From Cyanidioschyzon merolae (lineage: Eukaryota), in assembly GCA_000091205.1 (NCBI GenBank), contig AP006502.2: a DNA stretch of 64,000 nucleotides; one strand, given 5' to 3'. Under the pieces are notes generated by a model. It had not been told where the DNA came from. It ran no database searches and saw only the letters and a list, made by a program, of their open reading frames with translations. The position numbers were made by a program, and so were the translations under genes. Below are positions 24,250 to 33,555 of the stretch, in pieces; position 1 is the first letter of the stretch; each line of letters starts with the position of its first letter.

Positions 24250-24637
24250 AAACGCGGTCCACTGCTTCGGTACTCGCCAACGCGAGTACTCGGAGAACGC
24301 TGTTCACGGAGAGCAAGTCTTGAACCGCCGGGTACTCGTGCGTCCAGTGCGTTGCCAGCCAACTGGATGGTGGTCGTTCAGCGCGCTCGCGCTTCAACCG
24401 CGTACACCGTCATTATCCCGGGAGGTCAAAGCCTGGTGCTCCGACTCAAGCCGCACATATGAGTTACGACTTTACGTGCTTTAGACTTGAAACGACATGT
24501 GTCCAGTTGTCATTGGACCTGTCTCTGCAGTACACGTTCTGAACCAACATGGTACCTCCTATCCTGAGCAATACAGCGCGTTCGCCAAGTACGGAGTCGC
24601 CCTTCCCACACGCACTGAGTTATCCTTGCAACGACGC

Positions 24638-25843
24638 TTACTCCACAATCGCGGTCTCTCCACGTTCCAACAACTCCTGGACGGTCGGAAAGTCTTCGGT
24701 TATGAGCGTCATCAGCTCGTCGCGGCTAACGAGGCCGTCCGCGTTCGGGTCCATAGCCTTGTTGAAAATGCGGATAGCACTCCGCATCCGAGCGCGGTTG
24801 ATGAGGTTGCGAACTGTGCGCGCGTTAGAGAAGTATGGCATCTGCATACGCTTCTCGATGTACGCACGGCAGGCGGGGATCGCATCGTCTGCGATACGGT
24901 ACTCCATATCGCGGACCATCACCTTCGCGATGTCGACCAACTCCTCGAGTGTATAGTCCGGGAAGCTGATGTGATTTCCGATTCGGGAGCTGATGCCGGG
25001 GATATACGAATAGAATTTGTTCATGCGGTCCTCGTAGCCGGCAAAAATGACCACGAGATCCTCACGCTGCTCCTCCATGACGTTCAGCAAAATCTCGATG
25101 GCCTCGACACCGTAGTCGCGATCATTCGCGGCATTGTAGAGGTAGTACGCCTCGTCGATGAAAAGCACGCCTCCGAATGCGCGCTTGATTACCTCCTTGG
25201 TTTTCGGTGCGGTATGACCCACGTATTGTCCGACGAGGTCGTCGCGCGTGGCAACGATGAGATGGCCCGATCGGCTGTAGCCCATGGCCTTCAGAATTTG
25301 ACCCATGCGCATCGCAACAGTCGTCTTGCCCGTACCAGGCGAACCAGTAAATGCCATGTGCAAGGATGGTGTCGTACCAGTCAAACCCAAGCGGCTTCGC
25401 AGCTTGTCGACTACCAGCAGTGCGGCGATTTCCCGAACCCGATCCTTGACCGGTTTCAGACCAACCAAGTCGTGGTCGAGCTTCTGTAGGATATCGAGCA
25501 CGCCCTCTTTCTGAAGAAACTCGTCGATAGTGCCAGCCTCTTTGTCGTCAGGGATACTCATCAGTTCTTCGATTTTGCGTTGGCGCCGCAAACGCTCCTC
25601 GCGACGCGCCCGGTCTCGCCGTTCCGCCTCCTCGCGAGCGAGACGTGCCTCCACGTCACGCTCCTTGAGCGCATCACTAAGTCGACGTTCAGTTGGTTGC
25701 TCATAGTCTGAGCTTTCGTCAGCACGCAGACGAAAAGCTGCCGGGACAGCAGCGCCACTACGCTTTGAATTAGAGCACTTTGCGAGTGCCGGCGCCCGAA
25801 TGCGCAGTGAAATCCCCTGAAGACTAGTCGTAAAACCCAACAT
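24638..25843 (-). CDS. cbbX: CbbX, the red-type Rubisco activase (AAA+ ATPase), with a charged N-terminal extension of ~100 aa.
   Basis: Walker A is GSPGTGKTTVA and Walker B is VLFIDEAYYL. The CbbX-specific C-terminal region is ..FAGYEDRMNKFYSYIPGISSRIGNHISFPDY... The ORF stops at TAA. Confidence 0.9.
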   Translation of the reverse strand: MLGFTTSLQGISLRIRAPALAKCSNSKRSGAAVPAAFRLRADESSDYEQPTERRLSDALKERDVEARLAREEAERRDRARREERLRRQRKIEELMSIPDDKEAGTIDEFLQKEGVLDILQKLDHDLVGLKPVKDRVREIAALLVVDKLRSRLGLTGTTPSLHMAFTGSPGTGKTTVAMRMGQILKAMGYSRSGHLIVATRDDLVGQYVGHTAPKTKEVIKRAFGGVLFIDEAYYLYNAANDRDYGVEAIEILLNVMEEQREDLVVIFAGYEDRMNKFYSYIPGISSRIGNHISFPDYTLEELVDIAKVMVRDMEYRIADDAIPACRAYIEKRMQMPYFSNARTVRNLINRARMRSAIRIFNKAMDPNADGLVSRDELMTLITEDFPTVQELLERGETAIVE

Positions 25844-26817
25844 GCTTCAAAGTATATATGTCAGTCTATGAATTGAACTATATTACCTGTGTTAAAGTGA
25901 ATTTTAGCACCGTATGTTACGAGCAGTCGCGAAAGCTCCACACACGCACACACACAACCGTTGTATACCGAGCGGAGCAAAGAATTCGAGCCATTCGTGT
26001 GATGCGACGCAGCATGCGCTCGCCCGCAGCCGCTCGCCCGCAGCCGCTCCGTCGTGCGCATGCCGCGCCGCATCACACGATCCCAGATGTGACCGATCGC
26101 GGCGAACGACGTGACATCGATTTCCTTCCGATTCGATAGGGCGTGTGTCCGCTGACCACGGATCCAGGACTGCGGGATGGATGCAGGTACTCGGGGAAGC
26201 GTGCATCATGTTGCACTCTAATTTCGATTACCGTTAAGTTCTCTTGGGCGTGCGGGCCGTTTCGTACGTTCTATCTTGAACCGAGTGCCTGCCGTGCTGT
26301 ACCCATCATAGCACCGAGACCGCTGGCACGGATGCCGTATTGAGAAAGCACGCGGTATTGCGCGAATACTGAGGGTGTCGGCTCGATGCCATGATTCGTT
26401 CAACGCGGCACCGCAGTGCATAATCGTGCCGGGAGCCAGCAAGCTGTGCATGCGGACATCCTGTCTGCCGACGCGCGGAGCGATATGCTACGAGTCCGCT
26501 GCGACCAGGGCGACGCCCAGACGCAGCGTAACCGTCCCTAGTGCAAGAATAAAGTGCGATGCCGACGATTTGCTCAGGTATTGCCACAGCACGCGCCACA
26601 GAACAGAGCGTGAAACACGAGTCCAACAGACTTGGACGCTCCGCGGGACCTAATACCGAGGAGGTAAACTCTCGAGAATATGGAAAACCTTTTCTTCCTT
26701 CCACGCTACCGAGAAAGCGAAACGAAATTATGATACGGTTGCTAGTCAGTGATAAGTTTCTGTTCTTTCCGCACCATACTGCATCACAGGGATGATGCGT
26801 GCGCAGCTACGAGCCAT

Positions 26818-26970
26818 CGATGCAGGGGCAGGGCCTCACAACAGACTCGGTGCACTGCGGAACTTGCGGCCTGATCCATATCTTCAAGGGAACCGATGCA
26901 GGGGCAGGGCCTCACAACAGACTCGGTGCACTGCGGAACTTGCGGCGTGATCCATATCTTCAAGGGAACT
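26818..26970. repeat. Tandem duplication of two 76-bp copies in the CbbX-DDX3 divergent intergenic region.
   Basis: The units are 26819-26894 and 26895-26970. They are nearly identical, differing at one C/G and at the 3' end. Confidence 0.9.
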
Positions 26971-26990
26971 ATGGATAGTCGCTCGACAAA

Positions 26991-27095
26991 CTTGGAAGTA
27001 CGGCGTGGAATGATGGGCGCTTTCCCGGAGGCCGATACCCATCCAGCCCGCAATCTGGGATCCATGGTCCATGGGAACGTTTTGTCATCGAAAAG
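26991..27095 (+). repeat. Conserved non-coding element, copy 1. Its ~60-bp core is ~85% identical to 33495-33553.
   Basis: Both copies share the core cccgcaatctgggatccatGgtcCatggGaaCgttttgTcatcg. This copy lies ~245 bp upstream of the DDX3/Ded1 ATG and contains the ATG of a 66-codon upstream ORF (27071..27271). Confidence 0.7.
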
Positions 27096-27338
27096 AAAAA
27101 TCCGTCGCTGCAGCGGCGGCGACGGCGGCGACGGCGGCGGCGGCGGTGCCCAAACGCGCCCCCGCGAATCGCGTTACCGTTTCACAATCGCTTCTGCAGT
27201 CGTTTGTATACTGTGGAGAGAATACTGACGAAAATGCCAGAAGAAACAACATCAACAGTGTAAAGGAATGATCATAACGAGCAGAGGGATACGAGGGAGC
27301 GTCACGGTTCAGAAAGGGACGCCAGAGACGGCGCAAAG

Positions 27339-29222
27339 ATGGCTCGATCTTACGTACCGCCCCATATGCGGCGGCAACTGGAACAGCAGCTCCGAGTAGG
27401 TGCGGCAGCAACCGAGCGCCCACAGCCGTTTCAGGGAAACGGTGCTCCCGAGGGGCGTGCTGCCTCATCTGGGGGCTTCTTTCGAAGTGGTTCTGGGGCG
27501 TCAAGAGGAGGCAGCTCTTTTGGAGGTGGCGTGATGGGTGCTCGGGAACGCGGCACCGGGAGCGCTGCTCCGGGTGGCGGTCGGCGTTGGGGTGCGGCTC
27601 CGACAGGCCCTGGACACCAATCAGGCGCGTCATCGCGCTTGCAGCGCCTTGGATTGTGGGAGGAAACAAACCCCTACTACAGCAGTGGGCTGGGGAAGCC
27701 TCAGGAACAGGATCACGCTGCCGCTGATGCGAACGGCGAGGTTCTAGAGCTTTTCAACGGCCAGAATACTGGCATCAACTTTGACAAGTACGACGATATT
27801 CCAGTAGAAGTTTCCGGTGAGAACGTCGTACCGGAGATCATGTCCTTTGAGACCAGCGGTATGGATAAGATTCTCCTGCGGAATGTCGCACTGTCAGGGT
27901 ACCGCAAGCCCACACCTGTGCAGCGGCACGCGATCCCGACGGTGATGGCTGGTCGCGACCTCATGTCATGTGCCCAGACCGGAAGCGGGAAGACTGCAGC
28001 GTTTGTGCTGCCTGTTCTACATCAGATGCTGTTGATGGGCGGCCCCGCGCCACCGCCATCCTCGTCGGGCGTAGGCGGGATTTCCTCGCGCTCCCGTTGC
28101 TCGTATCCAACGTATCTGATTCTGGCTCCGACGCGGGAGCTTGCATCGCAAATCTTCTCTGAGTGCCGGAAGTTCTGTTACGGCACCAGTATTCGCGCCG
28201 CCGTGATCTACGGTGGCTCCGAAAATACCCGTGAGCAACTGCGCGCCGTGGAGAATCAAGTTGATATTGTGGTGGCAACACCCGGGCGCCTTTTGGATTT
28301 TATTGACCGGGGCCGCATCCATTTGGCAAACGTCCGGTTCCTGACCCTTGACGAGGCGGACCGTATGCTCGATATGGGTTTCGAGCCTCAGATCCGGCAG
28401 ATTGTGGAGAACTGCGACATGCCGGCGGCTGGCCAACGCCAAACGCTCATGTTCAGCGCAACCTTCCCACGGGAAATCCAACGGCTTGCCTCCGACTTTC
28501 TGCACGACTATATTTTCCTTGCCGTGGGGCGAGTCGGTTCCACCACGGATTTCATTGTGCAACGTATCGAGTTTTGCGAGGACCATTTGAAACGAGAGAT
28601 GCTGCTAGATCTCTTGAACAGCATACCCGGCTTGACCTTGGTTTTTGTAGATACAAAGCGAGCCGCCGATGCTCTCGAGGACTTTTTACTGCGACACGGG
28701 TATGCGGCGTCGTCGATTCACGGAGACCGGAGCCAACGCGAGCGCGAAGACTCGCTCGCAGCTTTCCGTTCAGGACAGACGCCTATTCTCGTTGCAACGG
28801 ATGTGGCTGCTCGTGGTTTGGATATCCCGAATGTTGCGCACGTCGTCAACTACGAGTTGCCAGCAGCCATTGATGACTACGTGCATCGGATTGGCCGAAC
28901 TGGTCGAGCTGGCAACCAGGGCATCGCGACCTCTTTTGCGAACGAAAAGAATCGGGGCATTGTACGTGACCTCATTGAACTCCTACAGGAGGCCGGCCAA
29001 GAGGTTCCCTCCTGGCTCTATACGATGTGTCAGGCACCAGTAGCCCGGAGCGGTAGCGGTCGAGCGGGGCGTGGCGGTCGTTTCGGCGGACGCGATATGC
29101 GTCGCGAAACGGGTGCTCCACGTCGACCTGCATTCGCAGGGAATGCATCATCGACCTCGACGATGCGCGACGAGCCCTGGGGAGGTGGCAACTGGCGTGC
29201 CTCCGGCGGAAGCGCCTGGTAA
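27339..29222 (+). CDS. DED1: DEAD-box ATP-dependent RNA helicase of the DDX3/Ded1 family.
   Basis: Helicase motifs are present: [56 protein letters not shown]-rich N-terminus and RGG tail follow the Ded1 pattern. The ORF stops at TAA. Confidence 0.9.
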   Translation: MARSYVPPHMRRQLEQQLRVGAAATERPQPFQGNGAPEGRAASSGGFFRSGSGASRGGSSFGGGVMGARERGTGSAAPGGGRRWGAAPTGPGHQSGASSRLQRLGLWEETNPYYSSGLGKPQEQDHAAADANGEVLELFNGQNTGINFDKYDDIPVEVSGENVVPEIMSFETSGMDKILLRNVALSGYRKPTPVQRHAIPTVMAGRDLMSCAQTGSGKTAAFVLPVLHQMLLMGGPAPPPSSSGVGGISSRSRCSYPTYLILAPTRELASQIFSECRKFCYGTSIRAAVIYGGSENTREQLRAVENQVDIVVATPGRLLDFIDRGRIHLANVRFLTLDEADRMLDMGFEPQIRQIVENCDMPAAGQRQTLMFSATFPREIQRLASDFLHDYIFLAVGRVGSTTDFIVQRIEFCEDHLKREMLLDLLNSIPGLTLVFVDTKRAADALEDFLLRHGYAASSIHGDRSQREREDSLAAFRSGQTPILVATDVAARGLDIPNVAHVVNYELPAAIDDYVHRIGRTGRAGNQGIATSFANEKNRGIVRDLIELLQEAGQEVPSWLYTMCQAPVARSGSGRAGRGGRFGGRDMRRETGAPRRPAFAGNASSTSTMRDEPWGGGNWRASGGSAW

Positions 29223-29603
29223 GCACATGGACCGCTCCGTTGTACCTCGCGTCCGTTACTATGTACTCTAAACATCTCAATATACGAGCAGCAGGTTGTT
29301 GGTTTCGTTTTCAGTTGTGGCGTCGAGTGGATACCATTCCGAGCGCCTCGATGCTGGCGTCGCGTCTGAGCCCAGGCCTGCGCTTGCCCCGAATCAAAGT
29401 GCTTCAGGCAGGTCGTTCTATTGGTGCCAGCGTGACCTGGTCGTCCAAATTGTGAAGCAGACCAGTTGATGTGTCCTGTTCTGTGCACACCAGACAGCAG
29501 GCTCTGTAGATGTCTGGACGTGGCGTACGGCTCGGCGGTTTGTTTGTGCTTACCTGGCGTGCGGCGAGCGACCCAGCCGCGCCCTGAAAGCGCCTGCGCG
29601 TGG

Positions 29604-29621
29604 TTATTGTTATTGTTATTG
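29604..29621. repeat. (TTATTG)3 minisatellite.
   Basis: Read directly from the sequence. Confidence 0.8.
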
Positions 29622-30899
29622 GGTACTACAAGCAGCAATTGCGCCTTTGGGAGGATGCACCATCGACACATCGATTTTCTGTAATCAAAAACATGTGCCT
29701 GTCGGCAAGCGACATCCTCTGGTACGCCATGAGCCTTCCAAGGGTGCAGCGCCTGCACCACGGCGCACAGCATCGCTGAAGGTACTCGAAGCAGCTGGAT
29801 AGCTGGGGCCTGGGAATGGGTGTGCGTGGGGAAAGATCACGGCGGACGATGCGCTGGGGGATACCCAGGGGAAAAAATAGATTGGATCTGTACGCATGCC
29901 AGGCTAAAATGGAACGCGTCCCCCAGGCGAACTCAGGTGTCTGCTCTAAGGAAAGGGTCTCTTTCCATGATCATGATCAGCACCAGCGTTTGCAGGCTTT
30001 TCCGCTACTGTCCGTTTTTCCTCTCTCGTTCTCTCTTATATCCGGCATTGCACAGGTCGGACGCTCGTATCCCTTGCGAGGTAATCCCAACAGTCGACGG
30101 ACGTGGACAGTGGCTTTAGAGACTGGATTTCGGAGTTTCCGACGGTTGTCGACGCATTTCACGTACAAACCGAAGTTGCGATCTACGCTTTGCGAACCAT
30201 TTCGATTTCCTTCGTATGCAACCTCTGTGCATGCTGCGCAGCGGTAACGCTTGACGCTGATCAGGTATACCCATAGGTCCATCATTTCTCTCGTGGCGCG
30301 GAGGCCGCGTTGCGGCGCATGAAGGCTTGCACCCTCGCTCAATACACACGTTCTTGTTGGGTACTGAGAGCTTCCCCATATGCTTCCAAAGATTTCCGCG
30401 CCTACTTTCGTTCTTTAACGATCACGCGCTTCTTCGGCACGGTGCCTGCGGCGCGCTATCCGCTGCGCTCGCAAGTGCAGGCCCTTCTATTCGATGCTAT
30501 ATTCGTGGAGCGCCAAATTACTCACAGTGACATAAGTAACGGAAGAAGAACCCAACTTAGAAAGCTTTCCGATCCGGTTACTGTCCCTTCTTGGAGAACG
30601 GTGACAATCTCGCCACTGAGAGCGATCGCCGTTTTGACTCAAGTCCGAGTTGAAGTCCCTCTGCCATGCACACAGAAGAGACGGGAGCCTTTGCAAGTAT
30701 ATCCCGTCGGGGGGACCATGCTGCTGTGGACTTTTGTTTCGTTGATGTCCACAAAAAGAGAAGGACTGGCAGTTCGAACGTTGTTCTTTATTTGGTGCGA
30801 CGAGTCCATTGAAATTTGGGCAAGAGCTGACGAACAAGTCATCAAGGGACGAGGTCAAGTATTTTATTCCGTGAATCCGGCGGTTCGAAATGCTGCACC

Positions 30900-33400
30900 C
30901 ACGAGTTGCCATGAACCAAAATGATCGAGAACTTGAAGCGTATGTGATTTGACGAAGCTACACATAGGGATTGGACACGAGCGGAGGCTTTTAAATGTGA
31001 ATCGCATGATAAGATCGGCTATTAAATGAACCCTTTTTCGATAAAGTTGCGAATCATCTTGATTCTAGTGACGCTACGAAATCCGAGTAGACAGCATCGG
31101 AGGAGCCGCTTCGAAAGCGCGACCGAGAATCCGAGAAATTCCAATGAATCCATTAGCACCCTGTGTTCACTATCCTCTTTTTATACACATGTGATCAGAG
31201 AAACAAAAACGCTTTCTTCGAACGTCCAGGATAAATGAATACCTACTCACAGACGCTTCCCAGTCTTTTCCGACCGGCAGCCTGCTATCGGCTTCAGCTT
31301 CTCCTTGTACACTTTGAGCCTGAAAGGTTGCCCCATGAAGTTGGATCACCTCAGGTCCGCAGATCTCGTCTTCTGCACCGCATATCGTCTGGCGTGGATG
31401 GCGGCGTTGAAGTCTCGGTTCACGACCTCCATGCGTTTATTGCAGCTGGTTGGACTCACTATCGCGAGGCTCACTCGAACTTTTGCATTCTGTACCACTA
31501 CAGTCCCGCCATTGGCCTGTCGAGCAAACACCTTTTTTTTTGTCAGTGTCCCTCTTCTTCGTCACTTGCTCTTCTTCGTTCGATGGCCGGCGAGCATATT
31601 GTTTTCGTCCATTTCGGGCGCCCGGCGATGACGGGCCTGCAGGATCCTCGACTGCCATGTGCATAACTGTCCCTTGGATGTTTTGTTTCTTTAAAATGAA
31701 CGCACTTGTTTATGCCCCTTTGTGGTGACCTTCACGGACGGAGAAGGGCCTGCGGAGGAACGACGCATGATATCCCGATGTGTCGCCGTGTGCTGAACGC
31801 TCTAGCGATTCACCTAGAGGATCGATCAATACGTTTCATAATAGACAACACGCCTTCCATGGGCTTCAACCACGGAGCGTACGGAGGAACGAAAAGCAGC
31901 TCTACCCCGATAGAGTGCGCAAAAGCTCGGACGCAATGGGAACGCTGAAATGCCACGTTTTCCAACAGAGGGACGTCACCAGACCCACAGGTGAAAGGTC
32001 TTCGATCATTCAACAAAGTGGTTCATGCTGGCCTGTGAGCCTGCTCTACGAGCGAAACCGAAGGCTCCACTGGAATCCAGTGCACAGCTAGAACACATGA
32101 TGATGTCCTGGTTCTCTTCGAGTTCGATCATATATACAACGGGCCCCATCACCTCGAGTACCCGTGTACGCTCAGTCGATTTCATCCGATGGACGTGTCA
32201 TCTGCGGAGGGAAAACAAAGCAACATAACTCCGTTTCATACCGACCGCTGAGTTCCAGGACCGCTATTGTTGTGATTTCGATGGTAAATGGCCGTGCGTG
32301 AACCAGGACTTTTTCTGCGCTTGTATTCCAACGTTTTCAGGACTATACGAACAAACAGTGAAGAAACAGAGACGGTCATGGTGGCTACTAGCGTCGCTCT
32401 CTGCTTGCTGTGCGATGATCAATCGGTCGTTTACGATCATTGGCAGCAAACAGTCTTTGAGAATGCACATATCTGGCACGGAGCGCTTGTTGTTGTTTCT
32501 TTCAGTATTCCTCAACTATCTGGGTACATTGGTATGACCAACCTGAAGGAGTAATGCAGTCCTCCATGTGCACTTCCGTAAAGCGCATTTCCTATGGGCA
32601 ACTCGGCTCCGATCTACACTGTACATTGGAGTGTGATATCGATCGTCTGCTACGCAGCGTGGCAGGTGGCGGCACGAAACTGTTTTGAACGACTGTAACG
32701 GGAGGTGAATGGTGGAACCTGCAGTTATGGTGCAGAATGATGAATGACCTCACGTACGCGGATAACGTTGGCGCCCAATCGAAGATGTTTCAGTTCGTGA
32801 CTGCGAACCATCGATCAACGTACAGAAACGATCCGATTGCTTCATCCTATGGATGATGGAAAAAGAAGAGAAAATTACTATTGTATTGGCGAAAGTGTGC
32901 CGAAAGAACAGAAACAAACCACTAACTAGGAACTCGATAACAGTAGGTTTCCCTCTGTACGATAAACCTTAGAAAAGGGGGACGCTTTCCGTACGATCGA
33001 AAGTTTCCCTTGTAGACGGAAGAGCCCACAAGCCGGACGAGTCTCCGGGGCTCGTACTTCATGCCCCTCCCCCAGTGGCGGATGTTGTGACGAGACGTTA
33101 GCGACTCGTTCACATTGCGAATGCACTCTGGAACTCTGGGCAGTTGGACGGTGTCTGTGCGTCGCCCTGGTCCGGGTGGACTCCTGGAATATCGCTTCGC
33201 GCTGCTGCAGGCAATAGGTCTATATGCACAGCTTGCGGGGTTTCAGAATAATTATGCACTCTGACCCCGCTTCAGGTGAAGCACTCCTCGACCCGATGCC
33301 CTCAGTGGTATGACGAAGCCGTTCTGACTCCGTGATGCATCTGCTCCAGCGTTTTAGGCGCTACTGCCGGTGCATTGATGCAAGAACTCGGCACACGTTA
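30900..33400. mobile_element. AT-rich block with no long ORFs that harbours the mariner-like remnant. It is probably a decayed DNA-transposon insertion, and its boundaries are uncertain.
   Basis: GC content drops against the flanking genes. It contains a (T)10 run and the transposase fragments. A weak inverted match (gctcttc..cgt.c near 31568 and 33023) may mark degenerate TIRs. Confidence 0.35.
31810..32515 (-). pseudogene. Degenerate mariner-like (Tc1/mariner superfamily) transposase remnant.
   Basis: Minus-strand fragments in three frames align with the Mos1 transposase. CFFTVCSYSPENVGIQAQKKSWFTHGHLPS matches IVTGDEKWIHYDNPKRKKSWVKPGQPS, with the first DDE Asp lost. LVEQAHRPA matches LLHDNARPH. 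LLFVPPYAPWLKPME matches LPHPPYSPDLAPSD. Stops and frameshifts separate the fragments. Confidence 0.55.
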
Positions 33401-33449
33401 GAACGTACAAAACAACCAGCACATCCGAAAGAAAGTACAAGCAATGGAA

Positions 33450-33555
33450 CTTGGAGGTAGGGTGTAGCATCATGATGGAAGCTTTTTCGATTGCGATTAT
33501 CCATCCCGCAATCTGGGATCCATAGTCAATGGAATGTTTTGGCATCGGAACAAAA
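33450..33555 (+). repeat. Conserved non-coding element, copy 2, overlapping the annotated 5' end of the KMO ORF.
   Basis: It aligns with 26991-27095 over ~105 bp. The core is ccatcccgcaatctgggatccatagtcaatggaatgttttggcatcgg. Confidence 0.7.

Noticed and set aside
24497-25489. Plus-strand 330-aa ORF inside the CbbX locus.
   Set aside because: It is antisense to a strongly conserved CbbX CDS and has no motifs. It is a GC-rich frame artefact.
29030-29773. Minus-strand 247-aa ORF downstream of the DDX3 gene.
   Set aside because: It overlaps the DDX3 3' end and contains an N5 run from the (TTATTG)3 repeat. There is no domain, so it is likely 3'UTR or intergenic.
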